A stretch of DNA of 64,000 nt from Octopus sinensis (Eukaryota), in NCBI RefSeq assembly GCF_006345805.1, contig NC_043004.1:63178001-63242000 (forward strand), given 5' to 3'. Below the pieces are notes generated by a model. That model had not been told where the DNA came from, did no database searches, and worked only from the letters and a program-made list of their open reading frames with translations. Made by a program: the position numbers and the translations under genes. Shown in pieces: positions 1-13,366 of this stretch (position 1 is its first letter; each line of letters opens with the position of its first letter).

Positions 1-99
1 TCGATTATTCACTCACTCGGATAATGGATATATATATATATATAGGTATATATATATATATTTATATTGTTTAAACCTCGCCAAGATAAATATTTAAAC

Positions 100-163
100 C
101 ACCTGATGAATGACTGTAACTCGAAAATTTAAAGAAATTAACAGCAATGAAACGATCGTAGTG
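100..163 (+). ncRNA. Type I hammerhead ribozyme motif, intact core, in a Penelope-type short relic
   Basis: CAC(100-102), CTGATGA(103-109), imperfect stem II (110-119/139-148), GAAA(149-152), palindromic stem III ACGATCGT, GTA cleavage triplet (158-160), GTG(161-163) pairing with CAC. Stem I is only 3 bp. Confidence 0.6.
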
Positions 164-362
164 ATATATTAATTATATTTTTTTAATAATTTTGTTATAT
201 ATTTAAATAATATAAATTAAATGTATTGGCTTAAGTTTTTCATTGTATGATTTGCCTAATAGTGGTTTTCTCTCTAATTTAATATAATATAATATTTTAC
301 TATAAAATTGGATTCAATCCTAAATCTGATTTTTCCCTGTAAGCTTGGATTTATTTCCGAAT

Positions 363-505
<143 letters not shown>

Positions 506-1023
506 CGTTTTCCAAGATTGCTGATGTAAATACGTGTGTTGAAACAGATTTTGTTGTATTTCAAGATATATACATTTATATATAAATGCATAGGTGGCGC
601 AGATGTGGAGATTTGTAATACGGAGTTTGTTGTCCATCCAATTGGTTCCATGTTCAGTTCCATAGCGTTTGAGTGTTGATATGTTTTGTTTTATTTTCCT
701 GATTTTTTTTGTGTGCTGATTCCTTCCTATAAATATTACTTTGCAGGAAGACTGAGTCTGGAGTTAGAATTTTATAATTTCATAACTGTGACTGGGAGAT
801 AGAATATAAATGAAGATATGTGAAAATGAACGGAATATAAGTAATGTACGTACAGAAGTACCAATGATATGTGTGATACCAGATTTTGAGTAAGAATTAT
901 ATACAAGAAATGAAATAATATCCATAAATGTAATCATACTATTGCTGCCGTTGCTCATGTTGATGAGCATTTCCAACAGATGCATAATGGCGATGATAAG
1001 AGAGAAATGAATATGATACTCAC

Positions 1024-1075
1024 ATAGGCGCTCCTTTATAGAATACTGGTGGCTGCAGCATAGCGATGGGGATAT
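1024..1075 (-). CDS. M13 peptidase exon (last exon in window): (H)IPIAMLQPPVFYKGAP
   Basis: Acceptor cttctgcag, donor gtgagt, 52 nt, phase 1 to 2. Aligns without gaps to neprilysin FPAGILQPPFF. Confidence 0.9.
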
Positions 1076-1118
1076 CTGCAGAAGTTCAAATGTATCAAAT
1101 TAATATCTTGAAAATGTT

Positions 1119-1329
1119 AAGGCGGCGAGCTGGAAGAAACTTTAGCACACCGGCTGAAATGCTTAGCGGCATTTCATCTGCCTTTATGTTCTGCGTTCAA
1201 ATTCCGCCAAGGTCGACTTTGCCTCTCATGCCTTTCGGGGGCGATAAGTTAGGTACCAGGAGTGTACTGGGTTCGATCTAATCGACTTGCCCTCTCCCCA
1301 AAAATTTCGGGCCTAGAGTAGAAAAGAAT
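1119..1329 (+). mobile_element. tRNA-derived SINE, family A (AAGGCGGCGAGCTGG head)
   Basis: tRNA-like head, B-box-like GTTCAAATTCC, and a body shared with copies at 8013, 20045, 31042, 32394 and 39065. Confidence 0.85.
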
Positions 1330-2238
1330 ATCTTCAAAATGTAATAGCTAGAAAATGATAAACCATTGTACAATACTATATTGCGTGTGTGTTTGTAAGT
1401 GAGCGTTTATGTTTTATTTTCCATTGAATTTTGTATGCCTGGTCCTTCCGATGCTTTCGTATGAATTGTAAAACCTTCTTTACGAAATTTGATTTAAAGC
1501 TCTTTCGAGATGCCTATCACATGGATTTTACATGTAATTCAGCTGTCATCTCAAGTCGCATATTCAATTTCATAGGCTATACTTGCTAATTGAATGTGTA
1601 ACTATTTCAACTATTGAAGCAATAAGATGTCAATCAAAGAAAGCACTCGATCAATGAAACTATCAATCAATCAACAAATAAATCTGTCAGTCAATCGATC
1701 ACTCGATCACACATTCACTCACGCACTCAATCAATTATCGTCATCTTTATAATAATCATTATATATGGGCTGTGCTTAGATTACGGTTATTTTTCACATA
1801 GCGGAAATTACCTCCAGTACAAAAGTTTGGATTACGTTATATATCCGGCTTTCCAAAGGTGTTTTTCTATTATACCCAAAGGCATATGTAGTCGAATCTT
1901 TTATTTGAACATTGTTCATATGAGTATGAAGGGATATTGTACATACTCTCCGTCGCATACTGGAGTCTCCATTACTGTGAAATTAATGATCTGAGTCCTC
2001 CTAGTTATGATTTCTTAGAGCAACACCTTTCAACTCAGTTATTTCCCATGCAATCTCTCTTACAGGTGAATTGCTGGTAAAGTCCCAACTTGCTGATCTC
2101 GGCTTTACGAAGCAACTAATCAATCTTGAAAAGTAACGCCTCTCATTTCTTTATAGCAAAATGAAAGACAATTGGCAGCTATTGAAATAAAACATGCATG
2201 CTTCCTACATTGATTTCAGTTTAGCAGAAGGCCTCGTA

Positions 2239-2351
2239 TTTCAAGAAAGGGCTAAGTCTATTATATCGACCACAATGTTTAAGTAGTACTTATGTTATCG
2301 ACCCCGAAAGGATAAAAGACAATGTGAATTCTAGGTGGAATTTGAACATAG
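2239..2351 (-). mobile_element. SINE family A fragment
   Basis: ATCGACCCCGAAAGGAT...GGAATTTGAAC is the reverse complement of the family A body. Confidence 0.65.
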
Positions 2352-2652
2352 ATCCAATAATTAATGCAATATATAGTTGCTACTCTTCTGGCCTTTAGTT
2401 CTTATGCAGGATTGCGAAGACAATTTTTTGGCGGGTAAACAATAACTTCTATGAAAAATGAGCTTTCTAGTTGTTGGAAATGTTAGACTATGAAAACATT
2501 TCATGTTCCTTTGAGAGTATATGTGCACCTAAATTTACAAGGGTCGTTCAATTTGCAGAATGTATAAAAATAAACATTGCTAATCATATAAATTATAGTG
2601 AATAAAAGCTTTATAATTTGTTTAAAATTTAATAAAATATTCATTAACTTAC

Positions 2653-2711
2653 GAATTGAATTATTTACCACATAATAGACAGCTTGTATATCCATGTCTG
2701 AGACCTGGTTC
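2653..2711 (-). CDS. M13 peptidase exon: (M)NQVSDMDIQAVYYVVNNSI
   Basis: Acceptor tattttaag, donor gtaagt, 59 nt, phase 2 to 1, compatible with both neighbours. Aligns to neprilysin VVNAFYSSGRNQI. Confidence 0.85.
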
Positions 2712-3619
2712 CTTAAAATATACGATTGAATAGAATTAGTTATTCGCAAAGCACGAAAGTGAACAAAATATAAAAGAAATGGTGAATATGGACACCGTTT
2801 TGAAGTTTCGGTTATTTGAGACTAAAATTAATTTTCATAAATTCGTTGCAAGACGTTGGCTGTTTTTTTTTTTGTATTGCTTTTATGGTAAAACTGTTAA
2901 CACAACCCGTAATACTTAACACTTTTATAAATTTGTTTATTTCCTTTATCAATTAAGAATGGTGAGTACTTCCAGTCAAGAAGAGTAACAAATAGTTCTT
3001 GGAATCTTATGTCACGGGTTATGTATCCAATAATTTGTACACATTATTTAGGCTAGTTTACGAGAATCAACCATCCTGGTATATCTAGGATAGTATGAAG
3101 TGAAGGGAATATATTGTTAGGAGTACGTAGAATTGGAGTCCTGATTTGTCCGCCCTTATTTAGTTGTTGACATTCTTTATGATTATGTCTTAAAAGGAGA
3201 CTTGCTCATTTTATATTCTGTGGTGAGTTGAATTTACTCATCAACTCCATTGAGAAGATATTCCTTTTTCTTTATAGTTTCTATATGCATTCATTCCACA
3301 AAACGAAGCAAACTTAGAGGTGTATTTTCGAAATTTCTTATAAGTATATGGAGAAAGAGTTTCCATTTCTCTAGTGTATTTTGCATTAAAGTAATCAGCC
3401 ATTACTTGATTCGGAAATGGTGGTGGTGGTGGGGACTATTCTCGCTACCATCGCAGTTGCAGATCTCTGTCGAAAAAATTGTCATTGAATATAAATTAAC
3501 TATTGTCTCTGATAGCGAATGTCTGTTCTAATCAAAGCAAAGTTATTCGTACAACGCTATACGATACAAACACACACGACATAACACTATAAAAACTGCA
3601 GTATACACTCCTTGACAGG

Positions 3620-4330
3620 AGGTATCTACCGTTCTTGAACCTTAATGGAAACTAACGGTCACAGAATCTCAGTAGCCAATGGCCAGTCTGATAACCGGCA
3701 TCCATCCCTTCCACAGAAAGCAGAAGAGTTAGCGATCCAGCTTGGTCAACAACGAAGCAAAGCAAGGGATGCCGATCACGCAGTGGAAGATGAAGGATGT
3801 GATATAGGCATTAACCACATTTCATGAACTGTTACTTTTCGCATGACTGACCACGTTTCTCTTCACGTCTCACTTAAGATACTTATATTCCTGTAGTTCC
3901 TGTCCAAACAAGATCCCCAGCAACTTAATATATTATTCAGTCCAGTAACAAATGGCACTTTCAGCCTGCATACACCTGCCTCACCAGGTGCCAGCTGGAG
4001 GTCCACCGATTCCTCTTGTTTAATCTTTGCTCCTCTCACTGTTTCGTACTCCATTAGGTTAGTGCCGATTAACTCAATGTCATAGACACACGACATTATT
4101 GCGGAGATGTTGTCCACAGAAGCTGACATGAATCATCCGATTCCTAGTTCAAGTGGATGCCTCGCGAAGCGTCTAGCAGCACCCATAGCAATTACCCGAG
4201 AGACAGCACGTACGAACAGTCAATGCTAAATGCTTGAGAATGGTGTCCTTTTACTTTTACAATCAAATTGATGTAGCTGCCCGTTGCTGCACAGACTCTG
4301 AAAAGGGACGCTGCTAAACAAGAATTTTTC
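3620..4330 (-). mobile_element. Degraded L1/Tx1-clade LINE, reverse transcriptase fragment
   Basis: Minus-strand translation gives MSASVDNISAI (decayed SAYADD), YETVRGAKIKQEESVDLQL, LLGILFGQELQ and LFCFLWKG, with stops and frameshifts. Confidence 0.7.
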
Positions 4331-4384
4331 GAACCTATTGAAAAATATATATGTATGCAAATTTATCAGGAACTCACAAATGCA

Positions 4385-4600
4385 AAATGTGTTTTTCTCG
4401 TCTCCGACCACATTGCTTTCTACGGTTTGTTCTCATACTACGTATTGCCTCTCTCTAGCCCCCATTTTTCGCACAGTTTCCGTCGCATTTCTTTCACTAC
4501 CTGGTCGTGTCGCAACAACTTGGAGATGTTTTGAGCAAGTGTAGGGCATTCGTTATATGGGCAATAGCATGAGCCACTCCATTGTACATACGGCACAGCC
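4385..4600 (-). mobile_element. RLE-type LINE fragment (zinc knuckle/RHD region; R4/Dong/NeSL-like)
   Basis: With one frameshift reads IAHI-NECPTLAQNISKLLRHDQVVKEMRRKLCEKWGLERGNT*YENKP. Confidence 0.7.
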
Positions 4601-4774
4601 AAGACAATTGCTCATTTTGAATTTTTCAGCGTTTTCTAGCTATGAATTTCATTTCATTTTATATCTTCAACTTGTAAATGGCACACGGAATGTAGTTTCA
4701 TTTTAGTTTTAATGAACAAGGAGCAGTCTCTAGTTTTTAACAATAACAGTCGCTCATTTCTTCTTGTTTCTTTA

Positions 4775-5990
4775 CCATTTAAATGAACTTAATGCTAAAA
4801 ACAAGATAATAGGGATAAACACGCTAGTCATACGGGTCATAAGTAACAGCTTTAACATAATAAACTGGAATATAAGAGATTTGCGAAACCGACATAGAAT
4901 CCCCTACCCAAATACTAACAGCTTACCGAAGTCACCTCTCCAACGCAGAAGCAGGTACAATATATCTAACCCGTCTAGAAGAAAGCCCTGGCCTGAAACA
5001 GATAAAAAACTACTATGAAATAAGAAAAGTTTCACTAGCAATGTATTTAGAAGTAAAGAGGAGGGGAAGACTACTACAAATAGTAAAGCAAGAGGAGAAA
5101 AACAACGCCTTTCTCTATACGCAAGGAGACGACAAAACACAAAACAGGAGCAAACTACACTGACACAGTGACCTCAGATGACAGCATAGCAGAAATGGTC
5201 AGAAAGACAAAAAGCAACATAAAAATTGAATTCCAAAAGAGGCAGAAGAAGAAATGGAGAGGAAATTTGCTTCATGTCCAGTACTCTGCAAGGCTTGACT
5301 GAGAGGAAATGCACCTAAGAAAAAACCAACAATGGGTCAAAAGCTCTGGATTAAAAGCCGGAACGGAAGGACTGCTTATCGCTGCACAAGACCAATGCCT
5401 GACTAGAAGCAATTATAAAAAAAAATAATGAAAACAGACCTCATCACCAAATGTAGAATATGTAACCGACACAGATAGACAGTTGACCACATCATCTCGG
5501 GCTACCCAGTCCTTGCCAAGTCTGAAAATGTATACAGACACGACAAAGTAAACAGGTATATCCACTGAACAATATGCCAACATTAGAACATAAATACTGA
5601 CAAAAGGGAATATAGGCATGAGCCAAACAAGATACAAGACAACCATCAGGCCACAATCATTTGGGATATGTCGGTGCCAACCGACAAAGGAAGAAAAGCT
5701 ATTCGTCCATACATAATATTCAGGGAATGGGAAAAGCCATCTGCTTCCTGAGAGACATTGTAGCATCTTCTGATCAAAATATTGTCAAAAAAGAAGTAGA
5801 GAAATTGTCGAAGTACAAAAACCTCGAAATTGAAGTATTCAAAATGTGGGGCACTGGGCATGACAAAAACCCATATGAACAAAAATGTAGAAGCTATACC
5901 TGGATCCTCAAACCTGCACATTGTCCAAAATATAGACCTGCTAGGGACAGCCAACATCCAACTCAAGAAACTATCAATACAATAATATAA
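4775..5990 (+). mobile_element. 5'-truncated RLE-type LINE (RT thumb, CCHC knuckle, restriction-like endonuclease)
   Basis: LNAKNKIIGINTL; GLKAGTEGLLIAAQDQCL; CRICNRHR*TVDHIISG..RHDKV; IIWDMSVPTD; NIVKKEVEKLSKYKNLEIEVFKMWG. Multiple stops. Confidence 0.8.
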
Positions 5991-6711
5991 CCTTAACAAA
6001 ACAACCCAGAAATACAAGACACACACTATACAACATTTACTTAATGAAATAAACTCCCACCAGCGAATCAGAAAAAAAACATTACCTAATCAACATACAA
6101 TACAAGCAGTAACACAACAAAAGAGAGCACCCACCTCAAGGAAAAAGAACTAACAAAATACAATACCGGGAACAATTCGCACACTCCCAGCAGCAGAAAA
6201 AGCACACTCAAAGCTGCACGTACACCCCGGCTCTCTACCACAGATGTTCTTGCCAGTTGTATGACCTTAACCAATAGCCCAAGTCCCTTAGTGACTGACG
6301 AATTATGCATCTCTAACCACGAGCAGAAGTTGGGGGGGACCATCACAGCCATGTGTTGAGAGGAATTATTTGGGATTTGAATAATTCACCTTTGGAAACG
6401 TGGGTGTTTCGTTCTACATCATTAAACAACCCTTATTCGGGGAACTTTTGAGCGGAATGGTCTACTCGACCTGAAAAAATTCTAACTGGGCCCACATGCA
6501 AGGTCATGCGCAGTTTATTTTGATATGAGATTACCACGGATAGTGATGATGGTATACTGGGCTCCGTATATTTTACACCAGTGTCACTTTGATGGCATGT
6601 TCTCCCACGCAATACTAATAATATTAATATTTATAATCTTGCATTCACTCTAGGACGTTGGGTGTGTTTCAGCAAGTGACTGTAACAAACATGCAGATTA
6701 AAAGTAAACGT

Positions 6712-6727
6712 AATAATAATAATAATG

Positions 6728-6800
<73 letters not shown>

Positions 6801-6807
6801 TAATAAT
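6712..6807. repeat. (AAT)n microsatellite
   Basis: Direct reading. Confidence 0.98.
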
Positions 6808-6949
6808 ATGTACAAATCTAGGCGTGACTTCGATTGACTGTCATAAATAATATGATTCTACATTCGTGTATCGTTGAGTTCTTAGATATGTTTGTAATTG
6901 CGAGGAATGTAACGGATTTCCTGAAGAGAAGTATGATGGGATAGGAAAC

Positions 6950-7920
6950 TGAACTGGCATCTTATGGAGAATGCTTGGGAACCCTGGGTATCAGAAGATG
7001 AATTTTCCAGGGTAACAGCCAATCATTGTTGCTTTTCGTTCTCTACATGATACCTCTGACATTGGTACTCAGGAAAATGAAACTGGGGTAACAACTAAAG
7101 GAAAAATCCCAAATAATCAACAACATCATCTTCATTGATGATTGAAATTTTATGGATACAGAGGCCTGGTGGCTATGGATGAGGAGGAATGACCTGAAGA
7201 AAGAGACAGTAGCATTCATATATGCAGCTCAGGAACAAGTGTTAAGGACCAATAATATGACGTGAACTGTATCCGTTGTTGTTTCTGATCTTGTTGGTGC
7301 ATGTAGCTACATTAGCCTTTATCAAGCAATCATAGAGGAACAAAGGTAGAGAGAAAAAGAGAGCGGTAGCACGAGAAAATCAATCTCAATATTTAATTAT
7401 GGTGAAACAGTAAGGCTCATAGTTAGCGAACGCCCGAAATTGGCACAATGCAAAAGACATCACGACAATGAGGCAAGAATGATTGATTGGGAGCTCTATG
7501 GAAATCACGGCCTAGAGAAAGGAAAGACGTGCTATCAGGAAAATGTGGATTGCAAAACCCTGTAGGATGCAATGCTCCAGTGAGATCACCAGACGAGACA
7601 TCGGGAAACAGACATTGTTGTGATAAGCAAAAATGAAAGAACATGTATATTGATAGACATAGCATGCCCCGCTGACAACACGATCAGTTTGAAACAAGAA
7701 GAAAAAGTAAACAACCATGACAATTTCAAGTGTGAAATACGAAGTTTGTAGTAATGAAGGGAGTAGACGTGATACCATAAGTAATTGTTACGCTTGGAAG
7801 TATCAACACTCAACAATCAGCATGGCTGAAAAAAACCGGAGCAACTGTGAAGGCAGGGTACCAACAAAAACCAGCATTGCTTGGAAATGGAAGAATTATT
7901 CACGGGGGTCTTGAAACATA
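6950..7920 (+). mobile_element. Internally deleted RLE-type LINE
   Basis: RT motifs IFQGNSQSLLLFVL and IIFIDD; LKKETVAFIYAAQEQVLRTN; then RHHDNEARMIDWEL and TDIVVISKNERTCILIDIACPADN..KQEEKV (endonuclease region). Confidence 0.78.
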
Positions 7921-8012
7921 AACAGTAATACAAGTGACACTTTCCATCATACCCAGGAAAATAAGCTGTTAGTTTCGATACAATAATCTTTTCAACTAGA
8001 AGTACAACGTTT

Positions 8013-8193
8013 CAAAGTTTGGGAAAGAGATTACATCAATCCCAGTACATAACTGGTACAAATTTTATCGACTCCAAAAAGGATGAAAGGAAAGGTCGAC
8101 CTCTGCGGAATTCGAACTCAAAACCTAACGGTAGACGAAATGCCGCTGAACATTTCGCCCAGCGTGCTAACGATTCTGCCAGCTCGTCGCCTT
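8013..8193 (-). mobile_element. SINE family A
   Basis: Reverse complement begins AAGGCGACGAGCTGGCAGAATCGTTAGCACG and contains GAGTTCGAATTCC. Confidence 0.85.
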
Positions 8194-8196
8194 TAC

Positions 8197-8331
<135 letters not shown>

Positions 8332-8373
8332 TTATATATAATGTCAAAATGCAAAATTCTTTAAATAACTCAC

Positions 8374-8465
8374 ATATCATTCTTCAACATGTCCGAAATT
8401 ATTAATTGTGTACGTCTCTTCTTTAAAGCAAAAGTATTTTCGAGAAAATTGTCTGAGAGTTTTAG
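8374..8465 (-). CDS. M13 peptidase exon: LKLSDNFLENTFALKKRRTQLIISDMLKND
   Basis: Acceptor ctttatatttcag, donor gtgagt, 92 nt, phase 0 to 2. Corresponds to neprilysin LNYKEDEYFENII. Confidence 0.82.
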
Positions 8466-8861
8466 CTGAAATATAAAGAATATAATTTATGCTTAGCTCT
8501 ATAACTTTATACAGTGAAGCAAGAGAGCCTGTTTAACAAATTCAGTTGTTATTTAATTTGTCATGAAAGTGAAATTATTCTTATCATCAAGATTATTCAA
8601 TTATATGATGCTTACATTTTACATTTTTCTTTCAAATACATAATATACAAGGAGAAATTTATATTAATAAATAAATAATATATAGTGACTGCGTTGAATT
8701 GATTACCACCGAATTTATGTACAGATGATAACATGTAAACCTGAAATTCAAACCAAAGGTAAAAAAGAATGTCTTATAGATTAATTTATGCATAAACTAT
8801 TCGGTTCATATTTATATATGTGAAATAAATGACGAATGCAATACAATAAAAATTGGCTTAC

Positions 8862-8939
8862 ATTTTCATATCTTTTAATCAATTTAGCTTCCGCCTGTTG
8901 TGAATGTTGGGAACCTACATGGACTTTCTTACTCAGTTT
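8862..8939 (-). CDS. M13 peptidase exon: KLSKKVHVGSQHSQQAEAKLIKRYEN
   Basis: Acceptor attattcttcag, donor gtaagc, 78 nt, phase 0 to 0. Occupies the position of the IGYP..LN.EY segment. Confidence 0.78.
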
Positions 8940-9234
8940 CTGAAGAATAATGACATGCTCCAAATATTACGGGAGAAAAAGCAATATACGAATAAACACT
9001 GTGAAATATATACACATACAGACGTACACACACGCGCGCGTGCGCACTCACATAAACACATGTATTAACAAAGTGATGCACGCATACACAAGCAACACAT
9101 TACACTTCATAATTCGTGCGCGTATATAATATATTCTACAGTGTATATGAATATGTGTCTCTATAGGGCTACCTATATATTTCACAATCTTCTGTTTACT
9201 ATTCATGCATATTATGCATATATAGCGCTTTTCC

Positions 9235-10200
9235 GTGACACTTCACCTCCATCTTATGAGGAGAACTGTTTCACTAAGCTGGGCCGCCGACCAGAGGAGA
9301 AACTTCAGGTGTGGAAGCAAGGTCTAGAATCAAAGGGCCTTAAAGTCAATTTAACAAAAACCAATGTCTTAGTAAGTAGGAAGGCAGACAAATCATAAAC
9401 CCCTTCAGGTAGATGGCATGCTCGATCTGTAGAAAAGGTGTAGGGAGAAATTCCATAAGATGTAACCAGTGCAAGCTATGGACACATAAGATGTGCAAGC
9501 AATATCAAAGGAAGACTAACTGAAAATGTGCAAAACACATTTTCCGTCACAAGTCATTGGGGGTGGGGGGCTAGAAGTAATTAGTGGCTTCCGTTATCTA
9601 GATGATTGAGGAGTAGCGGGGTGGATGCTCTGAGAGCGTAGCTGCTAGAAAAAGGATAGCTTGTGCAAATTCTGAGAGCTCCTACCTCTGTTGGTAACAA
9701 AGTGCCTCTCACTCAGAGTGAAATTTAGACTGTATGACGCATGTGTGCAGACAGCCATGCTACACTGCAGTGACACATGGGATATGACTACTGGGGACAT
9801 GCGTAGGCTGAAAGAAATGAAGCTAGAATGCTCTGCTGGACGTGTAATGTCAGTGTGCATACACGACAGAGTGAAGCGCCCTGAGGGCATCAGATGTGGT
9901 GTGCAAGAGAGATGACTGCGCTGGTATGGTCATGTGTTGCGTGATCGTTGCCAGTGTCACCTGACTGGCATCCGTTCCGGTGGCACATAAAAAAGCACCA
10001 ATCGAGGATGGTCATTGTCAGTGCCGCCTGACTGGAACGTAAAAAGCACCCGCTACACTCTCGGAGTGGTTGGGCATGCAGCTGTAGAAACCTGACCAGA
10101 TAAGATTGGAGCCTGGTGCAGCCTCCTGGCTTGCTAGTCCTCAGTCAAATCATGCTACCCATGCCAGCATGAAAAGCGGATGTTAAACGATAATGATGTT
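9235..10200 (+). mobile_element. RTE-clade LINE, 3' portion with 3' UTR
   Basis: WKQGLESKGLKVNLTKT; Cys-rich CSICRKGVGRNSIRCNQCKLWTHK; LSLRVKFRLYDACVQTAML; LRWYGHVLR; ends in a GATAATGATG tail. Confidence 0.85.
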
Positions 10201-11888
10201 TATATAGAGACTTTACGGCGACTAACACGTGGAAAATATTATGAGCATATCGCTCCATTTCTTTATACTTGTTATTTTCCATCTAGACTTAACATTCTCT
10301 TGCTTCCTCTCTGCAATGGTCTTTCTTCTCTGAAAAGGCATTAACTTATACCTTCTTTCAATGTTTTCTGCTGTAGTAGAAAATGATAAATATATATGTG
10401 TTCAGTACGTACATGTGTTTATGTATGTACACATAGTGAAAACTCTTCAAATCTACATATTTCCAAAAGCACTTCTATTTTCAAACTGTATAATACATTT
10501 CTCATATATTTTACATTCCCAACGATTATCTTTTCCATGTGTATTAATATATTACCGTATAATGCCTCGTTTTAGAAGCTTTGTGCAAGACTAAATTGAG
10601 ATGCCCAGGCACTCAACTATGTATAGGGAACTGGATTACTGGCGTAATTGAGATAACTGTTTGTTGAAAAGTAAATTGAGGAGGATACAATTTGCAAGGG
10701 TCTGCATGAAAGTTTTTTTCTGTTCTTAAGAAGGGTCACAAACTGTGTATTGTTTGATTGTATAAAAGGATGTCATTACGATTTTGCACTGAAATCCCTT
10801 TATTTCCCACCATCTCCACCGCGAATTCTTAATTTGTAACGTTTTTCGAATTTTACTCTTTTTATCCATGTAGCAAAATGCAGAGATTACGAATCTGGGA
10901 AATATATTTTTTCTAAACTTTAATTATTCTTAAAGAAACACTGACCACCCCTTCCAACACCTTACCCACCCATCAGCTACTCGCTTTCAAAAAAGCTGAA
11001 ACTTCTCAAAGTTTCATACATGCGTAGAATTGTACTGAAATAGCAGACGTAAAAAATACCAGACCACCACCATAAAACGTGACATGCAAGAAACAACAGG
11101 TAAACGACATTATTTCTGAAGAACCTTCCCGCTTTCAAAAACCTAAAAGTGAAACATTGAGAGTTGTAGCATTATGAAAGTGGTGACGTGATGGGTGCAT
11201 GTTTGGAAAGATTTTGGTGATTCTTTAAGAAAAAAGAACATTCTTAAATAGGTGTACTATCTTCCCCCGTGGATCACGGAGTAAAACATTTGGAAAAAAG
11301 GGAGAAAATTGCAATTTTGAGAACGTATATTTTTGGTTAAATCGTTATCTTCTGTATCAAAAACAGGAATCGGAAGAAATTTAGGAAAAAATAAGGGGAT
11401 GGGCGAAAATGTCACCTCGCACATGTGAGAAACAATAGGTAACGGACAGGATTTCTGCGAAAATTTCCTACAGAATAAAAAGAAAAGGTCATTTCAATTG
11501 TATTTGATCTGTAATTTTGCGCGTGCACAGAACTAAAAATAACCTAATTCGTACAGAATTCTTATCGAGTGTTTGTGAGTATGTGGGGTGAGGTGCCAAA
11601 GGAAGTTATTTTATGGCACTCTTTCGTCTGAAGCTGCAACGGTGTCGACCCGATCATATGATTGTTCGTTAATTTCTGTAAAAATCTTTATTTCTTTATG
11701 CTTTGAAGAGAGTAGAAAGTGAAAGACAGGAGAAAGTGAAAGATACATGTATGTGTATATGAAATGGACGTTTTTGTGTGTGTGTATATGTGTGTGTTTC
11801 CGTGTGTGTGTGAGAGAGAGATAGTGAGTGAAGGTGTGTGCTGTCAATTTATGTAACCGTTTGTCATGTTCATGTAAATGGCACTCAA

Positions 11889-11939
<51 letters not shown>

Positions 11940-12373
11940 TTTCCTTTCATGGGAACGTATATAAATACATATGCATACAGTTTTTCTATGTATGTGTGCG
12001 TGTGCGTAGCATGTGAGAGGGAGAGCGAGTTACTGTATTTACATATAGAGAAATGGATGTCTTTCAATGAGTGACAAATCGGAGAAGCAAATCGGAGAAC
12101 TTATTTATTCACACATTGTCACTCTTGTAATACAATACTGTCATTTTGGTTCCACTAGAAAGTGTGAAACTCTTTTCACTTTCGAGTGAAACCAGTTCGT
12201 TGTCTTTCAAACGACTATAGCTGATTGTTGAGATAAAGTAGATATCTGAATCAAAACAGTTTATTTGGTAACCGAAAGATTACTGAATATTTTGATACCC
12301 CATGCCTCAAAATCATCAACTTTGTTTTCGAATGCACACGGATTATACGCACGCACACACAAATTCCCATTGA

Positions 12374-12424
<51 letters not shown>

Positions 12425-12453
12425 ATGTGTGTGTGTGTTTGTTGATACATATA

Positions 12454-12484
<31 letters not shown>

Positions 12485-12500
12485 GTGTGTGTATGTATGT

Positions 12501-12533
<33 letters not shown>

Positions 12534-12827
12534 CACATATATAACATAAATGAATAACAAATGAAGGACAGGAGTCAATCCATTAAACAATTTTAAGATT
12601 GCTATATCTGAAAACATTTCCTCTTGAAAAGTTTGTTTCCCTTTATTTATATTATACCTAATACATATTTAATATTTCTTATCGTTACCTCTTCGTAATC
12701 TTTAGTTATGATCTAACAAACAAAACACAAATTATTTTGATATTTTTATATTTATTTTTCCGTTTATTTTTATTCTTAATGTCACTGATATCTCTTTCAG
12801 AAACTTTTGTCATAATTTTTTTATATA

Positions 12828-13366
12828 ATACTAGCAGCATAGCCCGGCGTTGCCCGGGTATGTAAGAGCCCCTAGTAGGCAACGACTAATCCCAATCTAG
12901 TCCTTTCTCTCTAGGGAACGAATGTGCATGTGTAGGTTGCAATGTCTTCTGTGTATACGATGTTCCTATATGTCCCTTTGGGCGAAAACGCGATTTCCAA
13001 AAATGGCATGATTTTATCGATTTTTCTGATGGTAAGGTATTGCATGGAAAACTAACGCCAGAATTACGTTTCTTAGGGTAACATTAAGCTTCACCATGAG
13101 TTTGGTGAAAATCGATTGCAAGTTGCTAAAACTACAACAGAAAATGTGTTGCATATAAAAAGCTTAGATTCTCGACCCCATGTCGAATTTATCGATTCTT
13201 TTCAAAACTGGGGGAACTTTTCAAAATTTTCGCTGCGTTAGTTTTGAATTATGACATTGGGATAAGTGTGTGTCAAGTTTCATCAGAATCGGTTGAAAGC
13301 CGTGGTCAGGGTGAGGTTACAACCTGACAGACACACAGACAAACTGCCGTTTATATATAGAGAGAT
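12828..13366 (+). mobile_element. Non-autonomous Helitron/Helentron-like element
   Basis: Starts ATACTAGCAGCATAGCCCGGCGTTGCCCGGG (subterminal palindrome) and ends CAGACACACAGACAAACTGCCGTTTATATATAGAGAGAT, a terminal layout known from Lep1/HINE-like elements. No ORF. Confidence 0.5.

Noticed and set aside
1812-1974. Open exon-like segment (..YAFGYNRKTPLESRIYNVIQTFVLE) faintly like an iGluR S2 motif
   Set aside because: Phase 2 to 0 inside a phase-1 intron of the peptidase, and no partner exons were found. Probably chance.
3235-3400. FENTPLSLLRF segment resembling the M13 YFEN region
   Set aside because: In-frame TGA; the clean exon for this region is 8374-8465.
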